In this document: positions 1-8,577 of the stretch, piece after piece
How positions within the stretch are numbered: position 1 is the first letter of the stretch
How the letters are laid out: each line of letters starts with the position of its first letter
NCBI GenBank assembly: GCA_016180645.1
Contig: JACPAV010000024.1
Location: 62,001 to 126,000, forward strand
DNA length: 64,000 nt
Direction: 5' to 3'
DNA from: Nitrospirota bacterium
Lineage (GTDB): Bacteria; JACPQY01
Notes under the pieces: model-generated
Database searches by the model: none
What the model was told of the DNA's origin: nothing
What the model saw: the letters and a program-made list of their open reading frames with translations, nothing else
Program-made: the position numbers and the translations under genes

Positions 1-2156
1 GCACGCCCGCCCCGTGCGGCTCTCCCGTTGAATTCACCGTCAGCCAGGGAGCCCACGCGTTCAGCGTCTACGCCGTTGACCAGGCGGGAAACAATGACCC
101 GACCCCGGCCGGCATTACCTGGACGGTCGATACCCCTCCGACGGTCCGGCTGCTGACGGCCCCTCCGCCGTGGACAAACACGGCTGAAGCCACGTTCGCG
201 TTCTCCGCCTCGGAAGAGGGCTGCCTGTTCGAATGTGCACTGGACACCGAATCCTTCTCACCGTGCGTGTCGCCTTTTCCCTCGCCCGCCCAATCGGATG
301 GCAACCATGCCTTCCACGTGAAGGCGACCGACACGGGCGGCGCCGTGTCCCCTACCGTGCATCACACCTGGTCGGTGGATACGGTCGTTCCTGATACCCT
401 CATGACTCCTGATCCCCCCCTGACGACGGGACCCGACGCGACGTTCGGATTCGTCTCGTCCGAGCCGAGCACGTCGTCGTTCGAATGCTCCCTGGATGGG
501 GGGCTGTATCGGGCGTGTGTGCCCGCCGCGTCCTACACCTTCCTGCCCGCGGGGAGCCACGCGTTTTCGGTCCGCGCGCGCGACCTCGCCGGGAACGTGG
601 ATCCCATGCCCGCCTCGCATGCGTGGACCGTGGATGTGGAGCGGCCGAGTTTCGGAGGAGTGATTTCTGCGACCGCCATTTCGGCGTCCATGATGGCGCT
701 TTCATGGGAGCCGGCAACGGACAACCTCAGCCCATCGGATCGGATCTCGTACAGAATCTGTCAGTCGTCTTTCTCCGGCGACTGCGGGTCGAATTTCGTC
801 GCCACGGCCACGGCCCCCTCCGGCGCCACGTCCTATTCCCAAGAGGCATTGATGGCCTCAACGTCCTACTTCTTCGTCGTTCGCGCCGTGGATGAAGCCG
901 GGAACGAGGATTGGAATGTCAATGAGGTCACGGCCCGCACCCTTGCTGCGCCCGGCTCGCTGCTCATGACCCTGAATGGCGATCGCGCCGGCGGGAACTT
1001 CGGCACGGCGGGGACGGTTCTGGGCGACATCGATGGGGATGGCAAGGATGAGTTCGCCGTGAGCCAGCCCGGTTCCTGGGATGGGTCGGGCCAAGTCTTT
1101 GTGTATTCCTGGGCGGACCCGATGGCCTCGCCAAGTGGACTGGACCTGCGCTATCAGATCCCGAATCCGGGCAATTCCAGGGCTTTCGGCGACATGGTGC
1201 AAGGGGGTGGGGATGTCAACGGGGACGGCACGCCCGACCTCCTCATCTCGGGGCGGTGGGATACCGAAGGCGGTGACAGCGTGTACGTACACTCCGGTCG
1301 CGATGGCTCGCTGCTGTTCCGGCTGCAATCGCCCGCCTTGGACGATGGGTTCGGCTGGTCGGCCGCGATACTTGACGATCTCGATCGAGACGGCCATGCC
1401 GAGGTTCTGGTCGGCGCGCCCCGCGCCTATGACATGTTCGGGCGGGCCGGCCTCGCCTACCTTTACTCCGGAGCCGACGGCACACTTCTGCGTGCGCCGT
1501 GCAACATGGCGTACAGCGAGACCGAATTCGGGTACTCCGTGTCAGCGATCGGCGACGTGGACGGCGATGGCACGGGCGACTACGCCATCGGTGCGCCGCG
1601 CGACCTTTCGGACGGTCCCTCGCCGAATCGGACCGGTGTGGTCTGGGTATTCTCCGGGGCGGAGGGCAATCTGCTGTACCACAAGACCGGGACGAACGAC
1701 TTGGAGAGATTCGGGCACGTCGTCTCCGGCGGTTTCGATTTGAAGGGGGATGGCTCACCGGACTTGGTGGTGGCTTCCTCCCAGTGGGGAAACGTCACGC
1801 TTCATGCCCTCTCGGGTAGGGACGGATCGGTGCTGTGGCAGAAGACCGATGTCGCCCTGCCCATCTCCATCTCTCGCGACCTCAACGGCGACGGCTTTGC
1901 CGACATTCTGATCCGATCCAACGCCTTGTCCGGCGTGGACGGCTCGTGGCTTTTCAACATGCCGATGCCCGTCCCATCGATTCAGCCCATGATGGGAGAT
2001 GCGGACTTTGGGCACTTTGTGAGTCCGGCCGGCGACGTGAACGGTGATGGCTTCACGGATGTCCTCATCGGCGCGCCCGGTACGACGGTTGCGTCCCCAT
2101 GGGGCAATCTGGATTTCGCCGGCGCCGCCTACGTATTCACCGGGGGCAGGCCATGA
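1..2156 (+). CDS. Surface protein, 5'-truncated: Ig-like repeats, FN3-like domain, FG-GAP (integrin-alpha-like) beta-propeller
   Basis: The frame of the 267..2156 ORF is already open at position 3 (TPAPCGSPVEF...HAFSVYAVDQAGN). It has repeated H.F.V.A.D.AGN...W.VD modules and multiple GD.NGDG..D..IGAP repeats. Confidence 0.85.
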   Translation, partial: TPAPCGSPVEFTVSQGAHAFSVYAVDQAGNNDPTPAGITWTVDTPPTVRLLTAPPPWTNTAEATFAFSASEEGCLFECALDTESFSPCVSPFPSPAQSDGNHAFHVKATDTGGAVSPTVHHTWSVDTVVPDTLMTPDPPLTTGPDATFGFVSSEPSTSSFECSLDGGLYRACVPAASYTFLPAGSHAFSVRARDLAGNVDPMPASHAWTVDVERPSFGGVISATAISASMMALSWEPATDNLSPSDRISYRICQSSFSGDCGSNFVATATAPSGATSYSQEALMASTSYFFVVRAVDEAGNEDWNVNEVTARTLAAPGSLLMTLNGDRAGGNFGTAGTVLGDIDGDGKDEFAVSQPGSWDGSGQVFVYSWADPMASPSGLDLRYQIPNPGNSRAFGDMVQGGGDVNGDGTPDLLISGRWDTEGGDSVYVHSGRDGSLLFRLQSPALDDGFGWSAAILDDLDRDGHAEVLVGAPRAYDMFGRAGLAYLYSGADGTLLRAPCNMAYSETEFGYSVSAIGDVDGDGTGDYAIGAPRDLSDGPSPNRTGVVWVFSGAEGNLLYHKTGTNDLERFGHVVSGGFDLKGDGSPDLVVASSQWGNVTLHALSGRDGSVLWQKTDVALPISISRDLNGDGFADILIRSNALSGVDGSWLFNMPMPVPSIQPMMGDADFGHFVSPAGDVNGDGFTDVLIGAPGTTVASPWGNLDFAGAAYVFTGGRP

Positions 2157-2215
2157 TCATCGTTCAGGGGAAACGGATTCCCCGAAGAACCTAATCCGCT
2201 TATCCACCTCTCCAA

Positions 2216-2251
2216 GGGCCACGGTTCGATTGCGGACCGTGGCCCTATTTT
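2216..2251 (+). terminator. Rho-independent terminator
   Basis: GGGCCACGGTTCG-ATTG-CGGACCGTGGCCC hairpin followed by TATTTT. Confidence 0.7.
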
Positions 2252-2382
2252 CTATGTTGTACTATGCAACGGACATAGGATATGCAACAACGGTACCGTT
2301 GTAATGATCATCATATTGATACGGAACTAATAGTAACAGATTATATGAACTATTATATCCATACAGAAGCGGTCTTGAATGT

Positions 2383-2397
2383 TGGCCGTCCTCTTGC
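2383..2397 (+). promoter_or_regulatory. sigma54 -24/-12 promoter
   Basis: TGGCCG-TCCTC-TTGC (GG-N10-GC). The upstream region is AT-rich and contains the palindrome ACAACGGTACCGTTGT (2287-2302). Confidence 0.6.
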
Positions 2398-2454
2398 TTT
2401 TCTCCAGGAATGAAACAAGCGAATTCAACTTTGGAGAGCAGGTGGAGGTGTTAC

Positions 2455-4761
2455 ATGAAAAGACGAATGAGCGTGATTTTCGGATTGGTGTTGTTGCTTG
2501 CAGGTTGTGCGGAGGATGACAATCCCAACGGCCAACTGGAAGCGCAACTTGAAAGCCGGCCGGTGCAAGTATCGGAAGAGGCGAAACCGGAGAATATTGT
2601 TCCACCCCCGGTGATTGAAGTCAGGCCGGAGCCCAAGGGAGTTGTCCAGGAGATCACTCCTCCGGTCACGGAGCCGACGCCCGAGGTTAGTCAGCCATCT
2701 CAGCCTGCTGCGGAGCAGCCCGTGGAGAGCCGTCAGCCCGTGGTCGTGCCGCCGGTTGAAGCCGTTGTGGCGAGCAGCGTGGCACAAGCGACAAACGGAA
2801 CCACGGCGATTTCGGCTCTCCCTGCCCCCGAAACCGGCTCCACCATACAGTGTTCAGTGGACGGGGGTCCGTGGGCGGAATGCAAGAGTTCGGACACGCT
2901 GAGCTTGGCCGAAGGGACTCATTCCCTTTCCGTCCGGGCGATCGATGCAGAAGGGAAGGTAAGGACTCTCGCGGCCACGTTCACGTGGATCGTGGACACG
3001 ACCCCCCCCGAAACGAGCCTGACAAGTGATGTGCGGGAAGCGACGAACAAGACATCGGCCACGTTCACGTTTGCGTCTCCCGATGCGACGGCGACGTTCG
3101 AGTGTTCAGTGGACGGTGGTCCATACGCCTCCTGCGCATCTCCGGTCACCGTGAATGCCGTCGAAGGATCTCACACGCATTCCGCTCGCGCGACCGATCC
3201 TGCCGGGAACACCGGGGCGCCTGCCTCCGTCAAATGGACCGTGGACATGACACCGCCGACGTTCGACGGCCTGCGCGAGGCAACAGCCGTCTCGTCGGTC
3301 CGCGCCGATCTCTCCTGGAATCCCGGGCCGGAAGCGGATGCTGTTTATCATGTTTGCCGGAGTGCCGTGGCGGGCGCCTGCGCCTCGGCATTTACGTCCT
3401 CGTACGTGACTGCTCCCGGTGAGTCGAGCTATTCCATCACGGGCCTTACCCCGTTCGCCACCTATTTCTTCCTCGTGAGAGCGGAAGATCCCGCTGGGAA
3501 TGTGGATTCGAACGAGGTCGAGAAGTCCGCGAGAACGCACTTGGTCCCAACCTTGGCTTACCAGGTGGATGGAGAGGCGGAATTCGACGGACTGGGTTGG
3601 GATGTATCCTTGATGAGCGATCTCTACGGCGACGGCATCCCCGAGATCCTAGCCGGGGCCCCGGGGGAGAACTCCCCGATCGGGGTGGAATATGCGGGGG
3701 CTGTCTATGTCCTTTCGGGTGCGGATGGGTCGGTTCTTCTCACAACATGTGGGACCCAGGTGTCGGGACAGCTGAGCTATGTCTTTTCGCCGGGCGATCT
3801 GAACGGTGATGGGCTGGCCGACTACGGCGCCTCTGAATGGAGTGGACGCGCCGAGAAAGTGACCCGGATGTTCTCGAGCCGGGATGGCTCCGTATTGGCG
3901 GCCAGGAAAAGAGACAGCTGGATGCCGGCGCAGTACGACGTCGCACCCTTGGGGGACGTTGATGGGGATTCGAAGGTGGACTGCGCGTGGGGACATACGG
4001 GGTTTGATGAGACGGCAGGCACCTATGTGGGGGGGGTGGAGGTGGGGCCCTGCCTTGGCGGACGGGAGGCTGACCTATACACGCTCCGAAGCGAGCAGGC
4101 CGGCGATTTGTTCGGGACAGTGATTGCCTCGGCAGGCGACGTCAACGGCGACGGCAGGCCGGACCTGCTCGTGGGAGCTCCATATAGTGACGTGGAATTC
4201 GTTCCAGGGGTCGGACGAGTGTACTTGTTCTCCGGTGCGGATGGATCCCTCGTCCTGAAGATAAACGGCTCTCAGACCATAGGCAAACTTGGTAGCGCTA
4301 TCGCTTCGTTGGGCGATGTGGACTCCGACGGTGTTCCGGACTTCGCCGCAGGAATACCTGGGGCGACGGTCGAAGGTCAGCGAGGGGTGGGGCGTGTCTG
4401 TGTCTACTCCGGCAAGAACGGCCGGACAAAGTTCTGTGTGGATGGCGAGATCGCTTCCAAGCGGTACGGGGAGACTCTCACGGCCATCGGCGATCTTGAT
4501 GGGGATGGTCTACGCGAGCTTGCCGTGACGGTGTTGACGACTAAAGCGGACGAAAAGGATCGCGTAGACATCCGATCGGGCAAGGACGGTCGCCGACTGC
4601 TCACGCTGAACCGTCCCGAGGTGGAGACAAGCTTCGGTCAGGCGATTGCCTCGGGCGATCTGAACGCTGACGGAAAGCCAGACCTCGTCATTGGCGCCCC
4701 GAACGCGAAACCGAACGGACTGCAAGGGGCCGGAAGTGTGTACGTCTACATTGCGCAATAG
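2455..4761 (+). CDS. Lipoprotein with Pro-rich linker, Ig-like repeats, FN3-like domain and FG-GAP propeller
   Basis: GGAGGTG RBS before ATG 2455 (the track starts at 2410). Lipobox LLAGC and FG-GAP repeats. Confidence 0.85.
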   Translation: MKRRMSVIFGLVLLLAGCAEDDNPNGQLEAQLESRPVQVSEEAKPENIVPPPVIEVRPEPKGVVQEITPPVTEPTPEVSQPSQPAAEQPVESRQPVVVPPVEAVVASSVAQATNGTTAISALPAPETGSTIQCSVDGGPWAECKSSDTLSLAEGTHSLSVRAIDAEGKVRTLAATFTWIVDTTPPETSLTSDVREATNKTSATFTFASPDATATFECSVDGGPYASCASPVTVNAVEGSHTHSARATDPAGNTGAPASVKWTVDMTPPTFDGLREATAVSSVRADLSWNPGPEADAVYHVCRSAVAGACASAFTSSYVTAPGESSYSITGLTPFATYFFLVRAEDPAGNVDSNEVEKSARTHLVPTLAYQVDGEAEFDGLGWDVSLMSDLYGDGIPEILAGAPGENSPIGVEYAGAVYVLSGADGSVLLTTCGTQVSGQLSYVFSPGDLNGDGLADYGASEWSGRAEKVTRMFSSRDGSVLAARKRDSWMPAQYDVAPLGDVDGDSKVDCAWGHTGFDETAGTYVGGVEVGPCLGGREADLYTLRSEQAGDLFGTVIASAGDVNGDGRPDLLVGAPYSDVEFVPGVGRVYLFSGADGSLVLKINGSQTIGKLGSAIASLGDVDSDGVPDFAAGIPGATVEGQRGVGRVCVYSGKNGRTKFCVDGEIASKRYGETLTAIGDLDGDGLRELAVTVLTTKADEKDRVDIRSGKDGRRLLTLNRPEVETSFGQAIASGDLNADGKPDLVIGAPNAKPNGLQGAGSVYVYIAQ

Positions 4762-4771
4762 GAGGTGACTC

Positions 4772-6946
4772 GTGAAACTTTGGACGAGTTCAGTATGGGT
4801 TGCGATGGTGCTCTTGGCGGCTTGCGAATCAGGGGAGAATACGGGAGGTCAACCCGCACGCACCGTCGAGAGCTCAGAAACCGATCTCGCTTCCCCGACA
4901 CCGCCGGAATCCGGGCAGGGGACCATTATCGTCGAGGGCAGGAGGGGCTTGGAGCCGGTGGCCTCCTCAAACGAGCCGGAGCCGGTGGTCATCGCGGCCA
5001 TTGAGCCACCCCCCGTTGTGAACGCAGCGCAGGTCGTTGTTCCGGTCCCCGTCACTACGCCCGTTGTGTCCGCAACGGTCCCTGCCGCGCCGGTGAACAC
5101 CGAACCGCCCGACACGGTGCCGCCCGAGACCGCGTTTCGGAAAACGCCGTTACTCGTGACACGTGACACGTCGCACGTGTTCGAGTTCTCCTGCACTGAC
5201 CCGGTAGCCGCACCCTTTATGGGTGCGTCTTCGGACGCAGGGGTAAAGCCTGCGCCTACCTGCACCTTCTTCTGTGAACTGGACGTGGGGACTCCTACCT
5301 CTTGCGTGTCGCCTGTTACGTTGTCACCCGTCACGGAAAGGAACCACACGTTTTCCGTGTACGCGGTAGACAAGGCTGGAAACAAGGATGCGACTCCATC
5401 GACCTTCACGTGGACGGTGGACCTCACTCCACCCGCGTTTGCCGGTCTGAAATCGGCGAAAGTGATTACGACCACGCAAGCCGACCTGTCATGGGATGCC
5501 TCGCCGGAATCGTCCGCTGTGTACCACGTTTGCCAGAGTGCGGTGCCGGGCGCGTGCGCATCGGCATTCGCCTCCACGTTTCTGACGTTACCGGGCGCGC
5601 CAGGCTATTCTGTGAAGGGGCTCACTCCGTCGGCCTCCTACTACTTCGTGGTCCGGGCTCAAGACGCGGCCGGCAACATCGATTCAAATGAGGTTGAAAA
5701 GTCCGTGGTCATGGCTTTGGGGCCGACCCTCGCGTTCCAACTCGACGGGAATGCGGTTCAGGACATGTTCGGCACCTCGGTGGCCATCCTGGATGATGTC
5801 AACGGCGACGGCCGCCCTGAGATCCTCGTTGGTGCGTCCGGTGTCAAAGCCGGCGAGTTGGAGGTTGCCGGCTCGGTTTATATGTTTTCCGGCTCCGATG
5901 GATCACTCCTTCTCCAGGTGGCGGGCAGCGCCGTTGGAGATCAGTTGGGATTTGGGATCTTCCCTGCGGGAGACGTGAATGGGGATGGCACACCCGATTT
6001 CGGCGCGGGGGCGCCCACCGTCGGATCGGAACAAGCGCCCTTTACCGGGGCCGTTCGAGTGTTTTCGGGACTGGATGGATCGCTCTGGAGCGAAAGAAAG
6101 GGCGAACCCATGAGCATGCTGGGTGTGAACGCCGCCCGCCTTGGCGATGTGAATGGAGACGGCCAGGACGATTGCGCGTGGGGACACAGCCGACTTGACG
6201 CGGAGACTTGGACCCTGACGGGTGTCGTCGAGGTCGGTCCGTGCGGGGGAGGGGAGGGCTCACTTCTCTTCACGGTTCAGAGCGAGACCGTTGATGATGA
6301 ATTCGGCGTTGCGGTCTCGGCGGTGGGCGACGTGGACGCGGACGGAACCCCGGACTTTCTCGTAGGTGCTCCAAAGACGGAGGTGGGGGCGCTCGAAGAC
6401 GCGGGTCGCGTGTACGTCTACTCCGGCGCCAACGGCGTTCTCATCCGAAGCATAGACGGCACTGAAAACTTCGGTGAGATCGGCACGTCATTGGCGAAAC
6501 TTGGCGATGTGAATTCGGACGGAGTTCCGGACTTCGCTTTCGGTGCGCCGGGGGGCGGTGAGTCGGACGGCATGGACGGTGTCGGACGAGTGTGTGTGTA
6601 CTCCGGGACCGATGGTCGGAAGATTTACTGTCGGCTGGGCGATCCGGCCTCCCTCATGTTTGGGATGGTCGTTGCCTCGGTGGGGGATTTTGACGGAGAT
6701 GGCAGCCCGGATCTCGCCGCCGCCGCGCTGGATCCGGCCAACACTCAGGTGGAGATTCTTTCGGGCAGGGACGGATTTCCACTCTTCACGCTGGGCGATC
6801 CGGGAATCGCCACTGTATTCGGTCAATCCATTGCCGCGGGCGATCTGAATGGTGATGGCAAGCCTGACCTGGTGATCGGCGCTCCGCAGGCATCGCCGAA
6901 CGACCGCCAGTTCGCCGGCAGCGTATTGGTGTATCTTACGCGGTAG
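4772..6946 (+). CDS. Paralogous lipoprotein: Ig-like, FN3-like, FG-GAP propeller; contains an in-frame REP insert
   Basis: GGAGG RBS, lipobox LLAAC, clear similarity to 2455..4761 (e.g. AGN.DSNEVEKS, GDLNGDGKPDLVIGAP). Confidence 0.85.
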   Translation: MKLWTSSVWVAMVLLAACESGENTGGQPARTVESSETDLASPTPPESGQGTIIVEGRRGLEPVASSNEPEPVVIAAIEPPPVVNAAQVVVPVPVTTPVVSATVPAAPVNTEPPDTVPPETAFRKTPLLVTRDTSHVFEFSCTDPVAAPFMGASSDAGVKPAPTCTFFCELDVGTPTSCVSPVTLSPVTERNHTFSVYAVDKAGNKDATPSTFTWTVDLTPPAFAGLKSAKVITTTQADLSWDASPESSAVYHVCQSAVPGACASAFASTFLTLPGAPGYSVKGLTPSASYYFVVRAQDAAGNIDSNEVEKSVVMALGPTLAFQLDGNAVQDMFGTSVAILDDVNGDGRPEILVGASGVKAGELEVAGSVYMFSGSDGSLLLQVAGSAVGDQLGFGIFPAGDVNGDGTPDFGAGAPTVGSEQAPFTGAVRVFSGLDGSLWSERKGEPMSMLGVNAARLGDVNGDGQDDCAWGHSRLDAETWTLTGVVEVGPCGGGEGSLLFTVQSETVDDEFGVAVSAVGDVDADGTPDFLVGAPKTEVGALEDAGRVYVYSGANGVLIRSIDGTENFGEIGTSLAKLGDVNSDGVPDFAFGAPGGGESDGMDGVGRVCVYSGTDGRKIYCRLGDPASLMFGMVVASVGDFDGDGSPDLAAAALDPANTQVEILSGRDGFPLFTLGDPGIATVFGQSIAAGDLNGDGKPDLVIGAPQASPNDRQFAGSVLVYLTR
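5203..5260 (+). repeat. 58-bp GTAG-family REP doublet inside a CDS (copy 1)
   Basis: GGTAGCCGCACCCTTTATGGGTGCGTCTTCGGACGCAGGGGTAAAGCCTGCGCCTACC has two hairpins and GTAG/CTAC ends. Near-identical copies lie at 35310 and 63824. Confidence 0.9.
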
Positions 6947-6976
6947 CAACCGTCGGCCGGAGAATCAGGCCGGCGC

Positions 6977-7831
6977 TCAGACCTGAATCGCCAGGCCCTC
7001 GCGGGCGACGAAGCACTCCATCGAAACGCCCTGCTTGGAGAGCTCGGCGGCTTTGGATTGGAAAAGCTGGTCCATGAACTCGTCGGAGTGGGTAGGGTCG
7101 TGATGAAAGAGGGCGAGGGCTTTCACGTGCGCGTGGGCGGCCAGCCGGAGGACGTCGTCGATGATCGAATGGCCCCAGCCCTTCTTCCCCGAGTGGTATT
7201 CATCTTTGGTGTATTGCGTGTCGGCGATCATGAGGTCAACGTCCCTGACGAAATCCGCAAGCGCTGCCGCCGAAGGGGGAATGGGCCCGTCGGGCGATTC
7301 AATGGGAGCGAGTTCATTGTCGGTGATGTAGGCGACCGAATGATTGTCGAGAGTGAAGCGGTAGCCGATCGCGCCCCCCGGATGGGTTAGCCCGGCCGAA
7401 AGAACCTGGACTTTCCCGACATGGACGCGTGATCCCGGCTGCAATGAAACGAAGTGGAGCTTGCCGCCCATGGCGGTGAGGGGGACGGGGAAGTAGGTGT
7501 TGGACATCTGGCCGTGGAGCGCGCCTTTGATGTCTCCGGGTCCGTGAAACGTGAATGCGTTTCCGGATTGAAAGGCGGGCGTGAAGAAGGGGATGCCCTG
7601 AATGTGGTCCCAATGCGTGTGGCTGATGAATACGTGGGCCTCGATGGGCTTGTCCTTGAATTCCGTCAATAGAGATTGCCCCAGTTCGCGGATCCCGGTG
7701 CCCGCATCGCAGACGAGGATCTGACCGTCGTCCGTCCGGATTTCCACGCACGAAGTATTGCCGCCGTACTTCTCCGTCCGACGGCCCGGTGTCGGGATGG
7801 ATCCGCGCGTTCCCCAGAACTTGATCTTCAT
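6977..7831 (-). CDS. MBL-fold metallo-hydrolase (phosphodiesterase-like)
   Basis: N-terminal FWGTRGSIP, HTHWDH (HxHxDH) motif, GWGHS and HHDP motifs. Confidence 0.85.
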   Translation of the reverse strand: MKIKFWGTRGSIPTPGRRTEKYGGNTSCVEIRTDDGQILVCDAGTGIRELGQSLLTEFKDKPIEAHVFISHTHWDHIQGIPFFTPAFQSGNAFTFHGPGDIKGALHGQMSNTYFPVPLTAMGGKLHFVSLQPGSRVHVGKVQVLSAGLTHPGGAIGYRFTLDNHSVAYITDNELAPIESPDGPIPPSAAALADFVRDVDLMIADTQYTKDEYHSGKKGWGHSIIDDVLRLAAHAHVKALALFHHDPTHSDEFMDQLFQSKAAELSKQGVSMECFVAREGLAIQV

Positions 7832-8218
7832 TTATTTCGTGCTGGTTATCGTCCGCAGGACTCTGAATCGCAACACGGTTTGACCGATCTGGATGATGTC
7901 CCCGTCGTGCAGGGTACACTCTGCCACGCGCACCTGGCCCACAAACGTTCCGTTGGTGCTTCCAAGATCGTGAAGGCGATACTCTCCCTCGTGGTGAGCG
8001 ATTTCGGTGTGACGTCGGGACACCTTCGCATCCTGCAGGCAGATTTCGCACTCGGCGGCCCTCCCGACCACGAACGGTCGGTCACGATCGATTCCGAACA
8101 TGCGCCCGACATGTTCTCCCTGGATCGGCTCGACATATGCCGTTTCGTGGGCCTTGGGTTTGTATGAAGCGCGCACGGCCTCGAAAATAGTCGTCCGCTC
8201 ATTCGAATCTTCGCTCAT
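7832..8218 (-). CDS. FHA domain protein
   Basis: GR, VSRRH, DLGSTNGT and LHDGDIIQIG motifs. Confidence 0.9.
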   Translation of the reverse strand: MSEDSNERTTIFEAVRASYKPKAHETAYVEPIQGEHVGRMFGIDRDRPFVVGRAAECEICLQDAKVSRRHTEIAHHEGEYRLHDLGSTNGTFVGQVRVAECTLHDGDIIQIGQTVLRFRVLRTITSTK

Positions 8219-8437
8219 GACTCACCTATCTGTGTTGTGGGTGATTGTGGGTGAGCACCCAGCTCGATCTGCTCTCTTCATGCTCGCCATATTCAGGGTC
8301 GCCGCCATGGTGTGAAGGCTGATTGCCGAGCGCACAGTATAAGCTTTTTTTCAGTCGAGTCGAGAGGAATCCGTCGCATCAGCTCTGCGCGTTGCGCGAT
8401 CACACGCTTCGTGGCGCGGCCCCACAGCGACCGCCTC

Positions 8438-8453
8438 TGTGACGATCGTCACA
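8438..8453. promoter_or_regulatory. Perfect palindrome TGTGACGATCGTCACA (CRP-type box or bEBP enhancer, TGT-N10-ACA)
   Basis: Seen directly, about 50 bp upstream of a sigma54 motif in a divergent intergenic region. Confidence 0.6.
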
Positions 8454-8503
8454 TTTTGTTCGAAAGTCTTGTGCATTCAGGGCATTGGCACGAACGGGGG
8501 TGA

Positions 8504-8518
8504 TGGTACGGCCGTTGC
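8504..8518 (+). promoter_or_regulatory. sigma54 -24/-12 promoter of the giant protease gene
   Basis: TGGTAC-GGCCG-TTGC, 60 bp before ATG 8578. Confidence 0.65.
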
Positions 8519-8577
8519 GCTTGAGAGGGCATGGCGACGAGATGCGATCCTTGTTCGTATCCCACGAGGAGGTGCCC

